This document shows, in pieces, positions 48,218-61,587 of a stretch of 64,000 nucleotides of DNA. The notes below the pieces were generated by a model. It made no database searches. It had not been told where the DNA came from and saw nothing but the letters and a program-made list of their open reading frames with translations. Origin of the DNA: Octopus vulgaris. Taxonomy: Eukaryota. The translations under genes were made by a program, and so were the position numbers. The stretch covers positions 17,980,001 through 18,044,000 of the forward strand of contig OX597817.1 in assembly GCA_951406725.2 (NCBI GenBank). Reading direction: 5' to 3'. Every line of letters starts with the position of its first letter. The stretch's first letter is position 1.

Positions 48218-49360
48218 CAGTAATTCCTCGACTAACACGGGTGTTACTTTCCAAAACCCCACGTGATAGGTGAAAATCCGTAAAGTAGAAACAGTACTGT
48301 ACTGTGTATTTTTAAAAATTATTCTTATAATTTTTATATATTTAATTTATTATTTTTATATAGTACGTTTATATATTTGTTGTGCAAGATTTTTTATGTG
48401 AAGTCGTGTGTTGAAACAGATATTGTTATATTTTGGAATGGTCATTTTGCCAGTTTAGCCACTAAAAATTGATGCGGTCACAGGAGTGCGACGAAAGAAC
48501 TCTGGCCGAAATAAGATTAAGATTAATGTAAAAAATAAATAACACTAAATATACAGTGCGTGTGTTTTTATTGGCTAAGCTGGCAAAATGACTATTCCAA
48601 AATACAACAATATCTTTATATACTTAAGCTTTTATAAACATTCCCCACACTCTTAGGATTACCCGTGTCGTCTCCTTTTTTGCGGATAAGGAACATAGTA
48701 ATGGGCAGTTGCCAGCGCTGCCTTTTCTTCTGTGTGAGGAGGTTTTTATAAACTTCCATGGCTTCGTCGATTACATTTCTGAACTGTAACACACGAATCA
48801 TCTGAGTGTCCGAATCTTCCGCCATTGTCTGAAGTTCTTTTGGCGGCCTACATCCGCATACTTTCTCTCTTCCTTAAGCATGTCGAGGAGTCTCATCTTC
48901 TCTGCTATAGTAAGCGTCTTCCTCTGGCGCTTAGGTTCACTATCAGAAATCTTAGAAGGTGCAGAACGTTTGGGTGACATCGTAGGGGTTGAAATAGATT
49001 CACAATTTTGCACACTAATGCAAAGCAACACCACACACTCGCCTCCCGAGTTTCGTTTTCCATTCAGTATGTGCAACTCTTTGTTTACTCATCTACGGTA
49101 CTCTACGTATTTTCTTTTAATATATTTTAATTAATGTGTTATACAGTGCAGTACTGTACTGTATTTTTAGTTATTAATTTATTTATTTTTAGGCGTGAAA
49201 ATGCTTATTTTACCACAGAAATAATTAATATCTAAAAAAATCTGAAAACCTTTCGGCCACAGAAACCTACGATATACTGAGGAGAGCACGATTTGAATTT
49301 ACATATATTAGCTAGAAAAATCCGCGATGTACTGAGGCGCGATATGGCGAGTGATTACTG
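48218..49360 (-). mobile_element. Internally deleted Tigger/pogo DNA transposon
   Basis: TA-flanked TIRs CAGTAATTCCTCG / CGAGTGATTACTG; CENP-B-like N-terminus MSPKRS..KRQRKTLTIAEKMRLLDML joined to a Tigger C-terminus ..YKNLLTQKKRQRWQLPITMFL; a nested ~50-bp inverted repeat lies at about 48415-48616. Confidence 0.85.
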
Positions 49361-50469
49361 TATTTAGAAAACGCAGAGCGCCGGATTCTTTGTTTCATAG
49401 TTATAATATTTTGTCTTATAAGATCAAGTGCTGCCAGAGCTGCAATGCATTTCATAATTCCAAAGTCGATCTTCCATAACTTTACGACCAAATAAAATGT
49501 CTTGGACGTGCGCGTAGGTTGATATAGTTTTTAAAGAAATTATGATGGAAACTGATTTAAATGCCTTCGCTAATTCAATTTCTGCCTAGGATTTCTGACG
49601 AAATGTTATAGTATTTATTGCTTATTCCTGAATATCACACTTGGTTGAGTCGACCACGAAGTCAACACCATTCATTCATATTTTATTTATGGTGATATTT
49701 CAATGCCTTAGATACTTGATCGCTTTTGACTCACTTGACGAACCAGTTATTATATATAATATAAAAATCCCGGATCACAGCCCGAAGAAAAGGCAAGAGA
49801 GTGTATTTGGATTTGTGACCATTGAGTTCAAATCATTGTAGGAGAATAGCTTAGAGATATGTTGGTTTAGTCCAGGTAGCAAAGAATACAATTTGAATTG
49901 GTCGACTGGGGTGCTTTGAATCAATGACAAAAAAGAAAAAAAAACAAGAATTTGTTGGTTTGTTGGGAGGGGGGAAAATGAAATAAAATACCCGGAAAAT
50001 ATTTCCTGTATTTTTTTCACTCAAATTTATTTACATCAAATTAACTAAGAAATGAATGCTCTAAGTCAGCCAGAGAATATGAATATGTAAGGTCAAGGTC
50101 GCCTTAATATGATTATAAGCCTTCGGGTAAAGTATTGCACTGTGACCCCTACTTACCCTGTCACTGTAGACATACATTAACATTGGGAAAAAATTCAGTG
50201 TGCACATAGTTTAACGTGACACTAAGTAAGGTACAATTACAGAAGTAATTGGAGAATACTCAATTAGAAATATTGAGTAACTAAAAAAACAAAACAAAAC
50301 AAAAAGGAAAAAAAATCCCAAAACCCAAACAAAGAAGCAAAAGACAAAAAAGAAAAACAAAAACGAAAAACAAAAAAATTAAATAAAATGATGTTAAGAG
50401 ACTGGAAGGAGTCAACTATTTTTAGCTATTGAAGAAAATTGGCACTCATATGAGGAGGAGGAGGAGACC

Positions 50470-50800
50470 CCCTACGGTCATGAATGACCATGTGATTGCA
50501 CCTAGAAAGTTACCCTCCGAGGCACAAGTCCGGGCAAGGTTGTTTGTGGAAGCCCAGCAGTCGCCCATGCATACCGGCCTCCCCTCTTCATGCCACCAGT
50601 GTTATCCAAGGGAAAGGCAAAGACCGATACAGCTTGGCACCAGCGATGTCGCAACTCATTTCTACAGCTGTGTGAACTAGAACAGCATGAAATAAAGTGT
50701 CTTGCTCAAGAACACAACACACGGCCCGGTCCGGGAATCGAACTCACAACCTCACGATCGTAAGCTCTATGCTCTAACTACTGGGCCATGCGCCTTCACA
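50470..50800 (-). mobile_element. tRNA-derived SINE, family B-related, with long TSD
   Basis: Reverse strand TGAAGGCGCATGGCCCAGTAGTTAGAGC...GAGTTCGATTCCC; GAAGAAAATTGGCACTCATAT is duplicated at 50431 and 50801. Confidence 0.85.
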
Positions 50801-51360
50801 GAAGAAAATTGGCACTCATATATTGACTTAATAACATGGAAAACATAACTGAAGCGATTAGCTTTATGTCTAACCAAAAGACAAAATCTTAACCCAGTAC
50901 TCCAAAGAAATACGAGTCACATTTTACATTTCTTACGTACTCGAACTATCCCCCACCGGCGGTACCTATTTACATTTAATTCTGCTGGATTATTCAACAG
51001 CTAACCCTATTGAACCCAAACAAAATATAATGTCAGTTAAAGGGTCTGTCTGTCTGTCTCCCTCGGTTAGTGAGTGATTCGGTGCAATACTGATTCGTAT
51101 TTATATTCTTTTTGGGTTATGGAAAATTTAAAAAATAATATTAGTGACTACTTCCAGCCCCATTTAGACCCCTTTTCACATTTTGGTTAATATAACCCGA
51201 TTTCATTCGGGTCTACTGGGGCCACATTTTATAAGATGAGGAATTTTGTCCTAGAGGTCACGCCTTTCATTTGAGGAAAAAAATAGTTGTCATGCAAACT
51301 TGCCAGCACTTTTAACACAGGTCTGCATATTTTCAGCTCAACCGACCACATAATGCACAC

Positions 51361-51421
<61 letters not shown>

Positions 51422-51517
51422 GTGTGTGTGTGTGTGTGTTGGAGTCTCTCTCATACGTGAGCGTTGACGCTGAATTCGACTGGTAAGCAGGTAACCTTGT
51501 CTTTGTTGAAATAGTTG

Positions 51518-51903
51518 TAAGCAGATAACCCAGCGTTGCTCGGGTTTGTTTCGACCCTTTAGAATTGGAATTTTTTAAAAGTAAAAATTCTGCATTATGT
51601 AGCTTGTTATTCTCTTTAAATGAACATTTTTCTGGTTGAAATACACTGAAAAATGGCGACACAGCAGTCAAAAAATCGTAAAAAATAGGGATCTTCATAG
51701 CAAAAAAAGCACCTTTTTGATATAATTTTTGGTATTAACATGGTCCGATCTGAATTTTATCTTCTACGGAATGAAGAGCAAGCCTTCTTCTATCATACTC
51801 TCAATTTTGGTGAACTTGCGCTGCAGGGTCTCGGAGGAGATAGTGTTAGTTGAAGGCTACCAAACCTGCCATACACAGACAACTTCAGCTTTATATATAT
51901 AGA
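51518..51903 (-). mobile_element. Non-autonomous Helitron (second family)
   Basis: Minus-strand A|TCTATATATATAAAGCTGAAGTTGTC start and CCCGAGCAACGCTGGG subterminal hairpin. Confidence 0.75.
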
Positions 51904-54085
51904 TTAAGGATTAATAATTAGAGAGATAGGGGAGGGAGAAGGAGAGGGAGAAAGAGAGGAGTAAGAGGGTAAATTTAATTTTAATCGTCGCTCTGCATTC
52001 TTATGAATCATCAAGTTGATTAACGTCTGTAGCATTCTACTGATCTATGAGATGTGTAATGGTTGATTTCATCTTTAGATAAAAGATCTATTTAATAGGA
52101 AGGATAACGTCAACTGGGTCGATCTTAATATATTATTGGCACTTAAGGTTGCGAGCTGGCAGAATCGTTAGTGCTCTGCTTTTCATCCTTTCGGGGTCGA
52201 TAAAATAATTACCAGTTGAGCATTGGGGTCGTTGTAATCGACCTAACTCCCTCATCCGAAATTGTTGACCTTGTGCCTAACTTTGAAATCAGCTTATTAC
52301 TGGTACTTACGTTCATTTCAAATGTTCATCAGACCCAGCAAGTTCGGAGGAGGGATAACTCGATTACATCGAATCCCAGTGATCAACTGGTAGCTATTTT
52401 ATCGACCCCGAAAGGATAAAAGGCAAAGTCGACCTCGGCGGAATTTGAACTCAGTATGTAAAGACGGACGAAATGTTGCTAAGCATTTTACCTTACGTGC
52501 TGACGATTGTGCTCGCTCGCCGCCTTAGATTACTAGTATTTATATAACTATTATTCCTATGAAAAAATTTAATCTTTTCTGAAGGATAAGCATCCATAAG
52601 GCTAATATAGACCATTGCTTTCTGTTGTGTTTAAGGAGATGTAAAATGCTGATTTATCGGTAAATTATATTCGTATTCATTATTAAATCTCAGTTGACAA
52701 GGGACAAAAATCCCGAAACTAGTCCGAGCGTATCACTCAGGCTTGCGAGGAAGGGATGGCCTCCCTTTGCAAATACTTCAAGGGCACTGAAATGGTGTCT
52801 AAAGCCAGCTGGAGACGACGATCTCCTGGGGCTGTAGAGCTACAGTAACACCCCTCCCCTATGTGGTTAGCCATATTAAGATGGCTTCTATACTTTACAT
52901 TATATTCGTATTATTTTAAATGAAATTTGGTCTGTTTAGAGTTCGGTGCCTTGACTAAAGATAACATTAGCGTGGCGCTGGTCACAGAACATGCCCTACC
53001 GACCAATGACTTGTTCAATACTCGATCGCCGCCATCACTCGTAGCATTTGGGCAAATGGTGTCAGTTTTGTAATAATCGATTCTGTCTTTAGGCACAAGA
53101 GTTGCTTTAAGAGAATGATACAACTGACTGATTCGATACGAATATATTACTACTGCTTTTTGTCACCCTAGAAGAAATGACCAGCAAAACCGAAACTGGA
53201 AACGAAATTAAATGCTGCAAAACATTTCGGCCTCTGTTCTAACATTTTGTTATAAATACAGATTCGTTGTTGCTGTTGTTTTGCTCTAGAAGATTAGACA
53301 GATGTATGACTAAAAGCGTTCCAGCAACGACCACACCGTCATTTCGTATATCGACGACAATATTTTTTTCAATGTTTTCTTCCTTTTTGTTAAGAGTGTG
53401 ATTTGAGGGTATTCGGATACTATTTCTTGCTGGTTAAAAGTGCACTTAGAGGTTCCCTCTCTGGGTCCAGTAAAAAAATGATTTCATTTTTATGTACAAA
53501 GCCAATTGTTGTAGGCGAGGGATGTAGTTGACTGGTAACTGTTTATTATCTATTAAATTAATTTCACCGCCCATGTAACGCTGCCAAACTATGACAAAAA
53601 AAAGGTATATAATAACCCTTAAACTCTCTTTTACTTGTTTCAGTCATTTGACTGCGGCCATGCTGGAGCACCGCCTTTAATCGAGCAACCCGACCCCGGG
53701 ACTTATTCTTTTGTAAGCCCAGTACTTATTCTATCGGTCTCTTTTGCCGAACCGCTATGTGACGGGGACATAAACACACCAGCATCGGTTGTCAAGCAAT
53801 GCTAGGGGGACAAACAGAAACGTAGCGTTCCTGAAAATATTGCTGTAATGTGGATTTCCGTAACACGAAGTACATGTTCATTGTCTTCCGTGTTACGTAG
53901 AGGTTATGAGAAATATGTTCTAAAGAATTCCACATTACGGCTGTATTTTTACGAATGCAGCACTTTCGTAACGCAAGTGTTGGCGTTCTAGTATATAGAT
54001 CCTGGAGAAATGAATAGAAATATCAAACTCAGTGTAATTTGAAATCCTAACGTTAAGTAATATAATCCAGAGGAGCATATATTCG

Positions 54086-54412
54086 GGCGTTCCTTCGTTT
54101 TAACTCGACAAAACTATAACAAGGCCTTCGTTTGTTTCCGTGTCAACTCGACAATTCACTTCGGATATCTTCGTGACCTCTGTGACAGTGTGCGTATTCT
54201 GTTTTTATGTATTTGTGTGTTGTGGAATATAGATATAACGAAATTATGCCAGCAAAAAAGCCTTGCATATTTGTTCTTACCTGCTTCATGTGTGTATGTA
54301 AAATCCGCAAATTTTCGGAGGTCACGAAGATATCCGAAGTGAATTGTCGAGTTGTCACGGGAACAACCGAAGGTCTTGTTATGGTTTTGTCGAGTTAAAA
54401 CGAAGGAACGCC
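54086..54412. mobile_element. GG-terminal MITE with ~95-bp TIRs and 8-bp TSD (Merlin/MULE-like)
   Basis: GGCGTTCCTTCGTTTTAACTCGAC / GTCGAGTTAAAACGAAGGAACGCC; TSD TATATTCG (54078-54085, 54413-54420). Confidence 0.92.
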
Positions 54413-55102
54413 TATATTCGTGTTAAGTATTTCTAATTTTGATACCAAGTCAGCAATCTTGAGGATAAAGGGTCAGTTGATTGTATCGACTCTAATACTT
54501 GACTGGTATTGTTTCATCTACCCCAAAAAACATGAAAAGCAAAGTCGACCTCGGTAGAATTTGAACTCACAACGCAGAGAGCCGCAAGAAATGTCAGTAA
54601 GCATTTTCCTGACATGCTACCGAGTGTGCCAGCTCAACGGTTTATTCGTGTTGTGATATAAAAATGGAACGAAAGCAAAAGCGTGTAAGGGAAGTAACTC
54701 TACTTAAAATATTATTTTATAAGGTTCTTATGGACATTATTCACAAACCTCTTTTACTTGCTTCAGTCATTTGACTGCGGCCATGCTTGAGCACCGCCTT
54801 TCATCCTTTCGGGGTCGATAAATTAAGTACCAGTTACCAGAATCTTGATATCTTGGTATAACATTATAGGTATATAAGTATATTGATATTTTGGTATCAA
54901 GATATATAAGCATATTAAGTATATTTGTATATTGATATCTAAGTATGGAGGTATCTAGATTTCTTGGTATCTGAGGTACTTTGGTATTTACGTATCTCGG
55001 TATCTAGGTATGTTGATAACTAGATATCTTTATACTTAGACATTTTGGGTCCTTCATATTTTGATATATATAAGTAAATGTAAATACTGATATCTAGATA
55101 TA

Positions 55103-55500
55103 CTCTTTTACTTGTTTTAGTCATTTGACTGCGGCCATGCTGGAGCACCGCCTTTAATCGAGCAAATCGACCCCAGGACTTATTCTTTGTAAGCCTAGTA
55201 CTTATTCTATCGGTCTCTTTTGCCGAACCGCTAAGTGACAGGGACGTAAACACACCAGCATCGGTTGTCAAGCAATGCTAGGGGGACAAACACAGACACA
55301 CAAACATACACACACACACATATATATATATACATATATACGACGGGCTTCTTTCAGTTTCCGTCTACCAAATCCACTCACAAGGCTTTGGTTGGCCCGA
55401 GGCCATAGTAGAAGACACTTGCCCAAGGTGCCACGCAGTGGGACTGAACCCGGAACCATGTGGTTGGTAAACAAGCTACTTACCACACAGCCACTCCTGC
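55103..55500 (-). mobile_element. SINE family A
   Basis: Reverse-complement match; a further partial copy lies at 53625-53817. Confidence 0.9.
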
Positions 55501-55867
55501 TGTCGGTATTGATATTTAATTATATTGGTATATTATTAATATTGGAATCAGGTTATATTGATATGTAGCTAATATTGGTTTTTAAGTATATTGGTCTCTA
55601 GGTAAATGGTAGGTTGATATATACGTATCTTGCTGTATATAAGTATGTTCACATCCAGGTATATTAGTATATTTATATCTATGTATATAAGCATAACGGA
55701 ATCGAGATATATTAGTATCAAGGTATATAGCGAAATAGGTTAGTGAGGGCGCATGGCTTAGTGGTTATGGTGTTGTACTCACGATCGCAAGATCGTGGTT
55801 TCGGTTCCTAGAGAGGGTAGTGCGCTGTGTTCTTGAGCAAAACACTTCATCTCGCGTTGCTCTACGA

Positions 55868-56118
55868 TCATCATCATCATCATTGTTCGACCGTGGTCGA
55901 GACAATGGAATTTACCATGCTACGCCAGACTTCACGGTCCATCATGGCATTACGGAGGTCCTGTTGCTGGATGCCTGTATCCCTGGAGATTACATCAGGG
56001 TAGGAGAGTGTGCGCCCTCTGGTATTGCGAGTAGATGGCTTCCAGAGGAGAAGAGTAGAAATTACTTCTTTTTCAGCTCTACAACAATGTCCAGCAAACT
56101 GGACTCTCTTACCTTTCA
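55868..56118 (-). mobile_element. RTE-clade LINE 3' fragment
   Basis: Near-identical to 25316-25562. Confidence 0.85.
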
Positions 56119-56130
56119 CGATCACTTCGA

Positions 56131-56918
56131 TACCTATTTCTTTACTACCCACAAGGGGCTAAACTCAGAAGAGACAAACAAGGACAGACAAACGGATTAA
56201 GTCGATTATATCGACCCCAGTGCGTAACTGGTACTTATTTAATCGACCACGAATGGATGAAAGGCAAAGTCGACCTCGGCAGAATTTGAACTCAGAATGT
56301 AGCGGCTGACGAAATACCTATTTCTTTATTACCCACAAGGGGCTAAACACAGAAGGGACAAACAAGGACAGACAAACGGATTAAGTCGATTATATCGACC
56401 CCAGTGCGTAACTGGCACTTATTTAATCGACCACGAATGGATGAAAGGTAAAGTCGACCTCGGCAGAATTTGAACTCAGAATGTAGCGGCTGACGAAATA
56501 CCTATTTCTTTATTACCCACAAGGGGCTAAACACAGAAGGGACAAACAAGAACAGACAAACGGATTAAATCGATTATATCGACCTCACTGCGTAACTGGT
56601 ATTTATTTAATCGACCCCGAAAGGATGAAAGGCAAAGCCGACCTCGGCAGAATTTGAACACAGAATGTAGCGGCTGACGAAATACCTATTTCTTTATTAC
56701 ACACAAGGGGCTAAACACAGAAGGGACAAACAAGAACAGACAAACGGATTAAATCGATTATATCGACCCCAGTGCGTAACTGGTATTTATTTAATCGATC
56801 CCGAAAGGATGAAAGGCAAAGCCGACCTCAGCGGAATTTTAACTCAGAACGTAGCGACAGACGAAATACCGCAAAGCATTTCGCCCGGCGTGCTAACGTT
56901 TCTGTCAGCTCGCCGCCT
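56131..56918 (-). repeat. Head-to-tail array of four 184-bp SINE family C units behind a single head
   Basis: TACCTATTTC recurs at 56131, 56315, 56499 and 56683; the array is flanked by TCA(C/T)TTCGATACCT on both sides. Confidence 0.9.
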
Positions 56919-57241
56919 TTTCATTTCGATACCTGACGCGTGGCATATCGTGCATCTATTCAGGGTGAGCACGAATATTTGATCACTATAAACAAATCAT
57001 TTGTGTAGGTTGTTCGGTAAAAGCTGAACATTCACACTTCGTCTTCGACGAGAGAGTCCATCATCTATATTGATATCTAGAGAACCTGGTATATTTGTTG
57101 TGAGATACTCACCCAGTAGAGATGTCAGCAGTTCGTATCCTGCTTTGTAAAATGCCTCAGCCAATATCAACGACCGATTCAACCCAAACTGTATACAGGA
57201 CCGGCCGTATTCTAGATATTGGCAGGTGATGCATTCGTATT

Positions 57242-57649
57242 CTCTTTTACTCTTTTACTTATTTCAGTTATTTGACTGCGGCCATGCTGGAGCACCGCCT
57301 TTAGTCGAGAAAATCGACCCCGGGACTTATTCTTTGTAAGCCCAGTACTTATTCTATCGGTTTCTCAGTTTGCCGAACCGCTAAGTGAATAGGACGTAAA
57401 CACACCAGCATCGGTTGTCAAGCAATGCTAGGGGGACAAACACAGACACACAAGCACACACATATACATATATATACATATATACGACAAGGCTTCTTTC
57501 AGTTTCCGTCTACCAAATCCACTCACAAGGCATTGGTAGACGGCCCGGGGCCATAGCAGAAGACACTTGCCCAAGATGCCACGCAGTGTGTGTGACTGAA
57601 CCCGGAACCATGTGGTTGGTAAGCAAGCTACTTACCACACAGCCACTCC
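57242..57649 (-). mobile_element. SINE family A
   Basis: Reverse-complement match. Confidence 0.88.
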
Positions 57650-58014
57650 TAGAGAAAATTAATTTTCTGGGTCACTTAGCGGTTCGGCAAAAGAGACCGA
57701 TAGAATAAGTACTGGGCTTACAAAGAATAAGTCCGGGGTCGATATGCTTAACAACTAACTAAACGAACCAACAAAAGAGCTTCTGCACATTTACTGGACC
57801 TGCTAGAAATAGCAGCTAAAAGTTTCTTAAATCACATCCTACCGTTTAAAAAAAGAGGACACATTGGACAATGTGGTTCCTGAGCTATAAAATGACAGAA
57901 TAGTCACGACTAGCAGTAGTAGTAGTTTGTAGTGGAGTAGTGGTGGTGGCGGTAGCAGTGGAAATGATATGTTTGCCTCTGTGGCTAATAAAAAAAAATT
58001 ATTATTATTATTAA

Positions 58015-58796
58015 AGCGGTGAGCTGGCAGAATCATTAGCACCCTGGACGAAATGCGTAGACGTATTTCGTCTGCCGCTACGTTCTGAGTTCAAATTCCG
58101 CCGAGGTCGACTTAGCCTTTCATCCTTTCGGGGTCGATTAAATAAGTACCAGTTACGCACTGGTGTCGATATAATCGACTTAATCCGCTTGTCTGTCCCT
58201 GTTTGTCCTCCCTTGTGGGTAGTAAAGAAATAGGTATTTCGTCTGACGTTACGTTCTGAGTTCAAATTCCGCCGAGGTCGACTTTGCCTTTCATTCTTTC
58301 GGGGTCGATAAATTAAGTACCAGTTACGCACAGGGGTCGATATAATCGACTTAATCCGTCTGTATGTCCTTGTTTGTTTCCTCTGTGTTTAGCCTCTTGT
58401 GGGTTGTAAAGAAATAGGTATTTCGCCCGTCGCTACGTTCTGAGTTCAAATTCCACCGAGGTTAACTTTACATTTCGTCCTTTTGGAGTCGATAAATTAA
58501 GTACCAGTGAAACACCGGGATTGATGTAATCGACTAGTCCCCTCCCCCAAAATATCAGGCCTTGTGCCTATAGTAGAAAGGATTATTATTATTATTAGAT
58601 GGAGGCGAGTTGGCAGAATCATTAGCACGCTGAACGAAATGCTTAGCAGTATTTCGACCGTCGCTACCTTCTGAGTTCAAATTCCATCGCCGTCGACTTT
58701 GTCTTTCATCCTTTTGGGGTCGATAAATAAACACCAGTCAAGTATTGGGATTGTTGTGATCTACAAATTTCAGGCCTTGTACCCGTAGTAGAAAAG

Positions 58797-58830
<34 letters not shown>
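58015..58830 (+). mobile_element. SINE family C cluster (three-unit array plus one older copy)
   Basis: GTAAAGAAATAGGTATTTCG junctions near 58230 and 58415; (ATT)n tails. Confidence 0.85.
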
Positions 58831-58850
<20 letters not shown>

Positions 58851-59383
58851 GAGTGAGAGAGCAGTGCAAGCCATCAAAGTGACACTGGGGTAAAATATAC
58901 AAAGCCCAGTATACCCAAGGACACACCAGACACATGCATCACAACCATATGTGCGTGACATGGTGATCTCATATCAAGATTAACAGCGCATGACCTCGCA
59001 GGTGGGGCCCAATTAGAATTTTCTTTAGGTCGAGTAGCCCATCCCACTCAAAAGGTACCTGATTAAGGACTGTTTAAGGATGTTGAACGAATCATCCATG
59101 TTTCCGAAGGTGAATTATCCAAATCCCAAAGAATTCCTCTCAACACATGGCTATGATGTTCCTCAACTACTTCTGCTCGTGATCAGAGATGCTCATATCG
59201 TCAGCCACTAAGGGACATGCTCAACTGGTTAAGGTCAAACAACTGACAAGCAAATCTGTGGTATTGAGCAGAATAATTGCTGTAGCCCATCTTTTATATC
59301 AAGACAAAACAATGTACATGATAACACTTCCAATCAGTTAAGATCAGAAGCCACAAGAGCCACTGCCTGGTACTGCATCAGGG

Positions 59384-59445
<62 letters not shown>

Positions 59446-59454
59446 GAATGTGAA

Positions 59455-60380
59455 TACGTAAGAGAAGAATGATTATAAGATTAGAGCTTAAAGAAGAGGA
59501 ACAGAGAAAAGTAAAAGAAAAACAGAAACATAAAAGGAAGAGGGGGGGGAGCAGATTTGGTAAATAAAAAGAAGGGCCAAATGGAGTAAGAATGAAGCGA
59601 AGGAAAAAGATGGGAGACACGAAAATAAGAGATGGTGTAGGGGTAGAAAAAAGGAATGGTGGAAAAGAAGAAGGAAAAGGAAGGAAAGTAAGATGGGAAT
59701 GGAGAGCAGAAAAAGGAGAGGATTAAGGAAGATAGAAGAGGTGAAGGAGGAGGAGAGGGAAAAGAAGGAGAAGGAGGAGAAGAAAAAGAAAGATAAAGAA
59801 GATTAAGATGGAGGAGAAAGAGGAGGAAAAAGGAAGACGAGGAGAAGAACAAGGATGATGATGATGATGTGGAGGAAGAAGAGAAGAAAAGGAAGAGGAG
59901 GAGATAGAGGAAGAAGAGGACAAAAAGAAGGAGGAAGAGGAGAAGAAGAAAAAAACGAGAGAAAGAAACAAATGTAGAAGAGGAAGAAGAAAGAGGAAAA
60001 GAAGAAAAAAAGGAAGAGGAGGAAGAGAACAAAGATGATGATGATGATGATGGGGAGGAAGAAGAGAAGAAAAGGAAGAGGAGGAGATAGAGGAAGAAGA
60101 AGAAGATGACAAAAAGGAGGAGGAAGTGGAGAAGAAGAATGAAACGAGAGAAAGAAACAAATGCAGAAGAGGAAGGAGAAGGAGGAGTAAGAGGAAAAGA
60201 AGAAAAACAGAAAGTGAAGGAAGAGAACAAAGATGATGATGATGATGATGATGATGGGGAGGAGGAGGAAGAGGAAGAGAAGAAGTAAAAGAAGACAGTG
60301 GAAGAAGAGGAGCAAGGGAAAAGAAGAGAAGGAGAAGAAGAATAAAGACGAAGAAGAATGAAGAAGAACGAAGAAGAACG
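59455..60380. repeat. Purine-rich (GAA/GGA/GAT) low-complexity tract with an internal ~185-bp duplication
   Basis: Directly visible; produces the Ser/Phe/Leu pseudo-ORFs. Confidence 0.92.
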
Positions 60381-60662
60381 TTAGTTGTCTTTCTCGTAGT
60401 GCTTGCTGGTAATAAAAAAGCCTCGGTTTTCGGTTGTAGTAGATCTTAAAAACCAGCAGAAGTAGTCTTAGCAGCAGTTCTAGTAGAAACAGTACTAGGA
60501 AGAATAAGAAGTAATAAGAAAAAGCAGAAAAATAAAAGAAAAATGAAGGAAACAGCAAAAAACAAATAACAGTAAAAAGAGAATTTCAGTTATGCAAATA
60601 TATTTCGGAATATAATTTTTAGATACTAGTTCACCCCAAACTAAATGGATAGATAAATAAAT

Positions 60663-60818
60663 GGAGTGGCTGTGTGGTAAGTAGCTTGCTAACCAACCAC
60701 ATGGTTCCGGGTTCAGTCCCACTGCGTGGCACCTTGGGCAAGTGTCTTCTGCTATAGCCCCGGGCCGACCAATGCCTTGTGAGTGGATTTGGTAGACGGA
60801 AACTGAAAGAAGCCCGTC

Positions 60819-60877
<59 letters not shown>

Positions 60878-61125
60878 GGTGCCCCAGCATGGCCACAGCT
60901 CATGAGCTGAAACTAGAATCAATCAATCAATATATATATATATATATGTGTAGTGTGTGTTTGTCCCCTTAGCATTGCTTGACAACCGATGCTGGTGTGT
61001 TTACGTCCCCGTTACTTAGCGGTTCGGCAAAAAGAGACCGATAGAATAAGTACTGGGCTTACAAAGAATAAGTCCCGGGGTCGATTTGCTCGATTTGGCC
61101 GCAGTCAAATGACTGAAACAAATAA
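60663..61125 (+). mobile_element. SINE family A with a related SINE 3' end nested in its (TA)n
   Basis: GGCGGTGCCCCAGCATGGCCACAGC...GAAACTAG(AATC)n inserted at about 60875-60930. Confidence 0.82.
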
Positions 61126-61553
61126 AAAGAAAAAGAAAAGAAGAAAAAAGGAAAAGAAAAGAAGAAAAAAGAAAAGAGTCCTTAGGAATTCCAGAGTATT
61201 TCATATTCTTTTTCTTCTTATCCTCTTTGCTGAAGTACTTGTTTCAGTCATTGGGCAGCGGCCATGCTAGAGCACCGCTTTTGGAGGATTTTAGTCGGAC
61301 AAATCGAGTCTAGTAATTATTTTTCTTTTATAAATTGCATCCATCCCATGGCCGGACAGCTAAGTTACGAGTGTCGGAAACAAACTAACACCGGTTGATA
61401 AGCGGTGGTGTGTATGTATGTGTGTGTGCGTATGTGTGTGTGTGTGTGTATGTGTGTGGCAAACACAAAAATAGAGACGCACATATATACATGCATACAC
61501 ACACGCGCATACATACATACATACATACATACATACATACATACATACATACA

Positions 61554-61587
<34 letters not shown>

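Noticed and set aside
46467-53058. Possible + strand gene divergent from NIFK: MESPVERTSTEGLLLKKKK (46467-46524, gtaagc) joined in phase to EFGALTKDNISVALVTEH... (52940-53058)
   Set aside because: The phases are compatible, but there is no recognisable homology, the second donor is weak and no coherent third exon was found; it needs RNA-seq.
56131-56918. Regular repeat array that might suggest CRISPR
   Set aside because: The units are contiguous SINE bodies with no unique spacers; the DNA is eukaryotic and no cas genes are present.
56997-57235. Minus-strand ~78-codon open frame ending ...SRRRRSVNVQLLPNNLHK*
   Set aside because: Unique sequence with a furin-like motif, but no recognisable family and ambiguous splice sites.
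59378-60558. 250-aa Ser/Phe/Leu-rich ORFs resembling membrane proteins
   Set aside because: They are the reverse strand of a GAA/GGA low-complexity tract with no splice or domain evidence.
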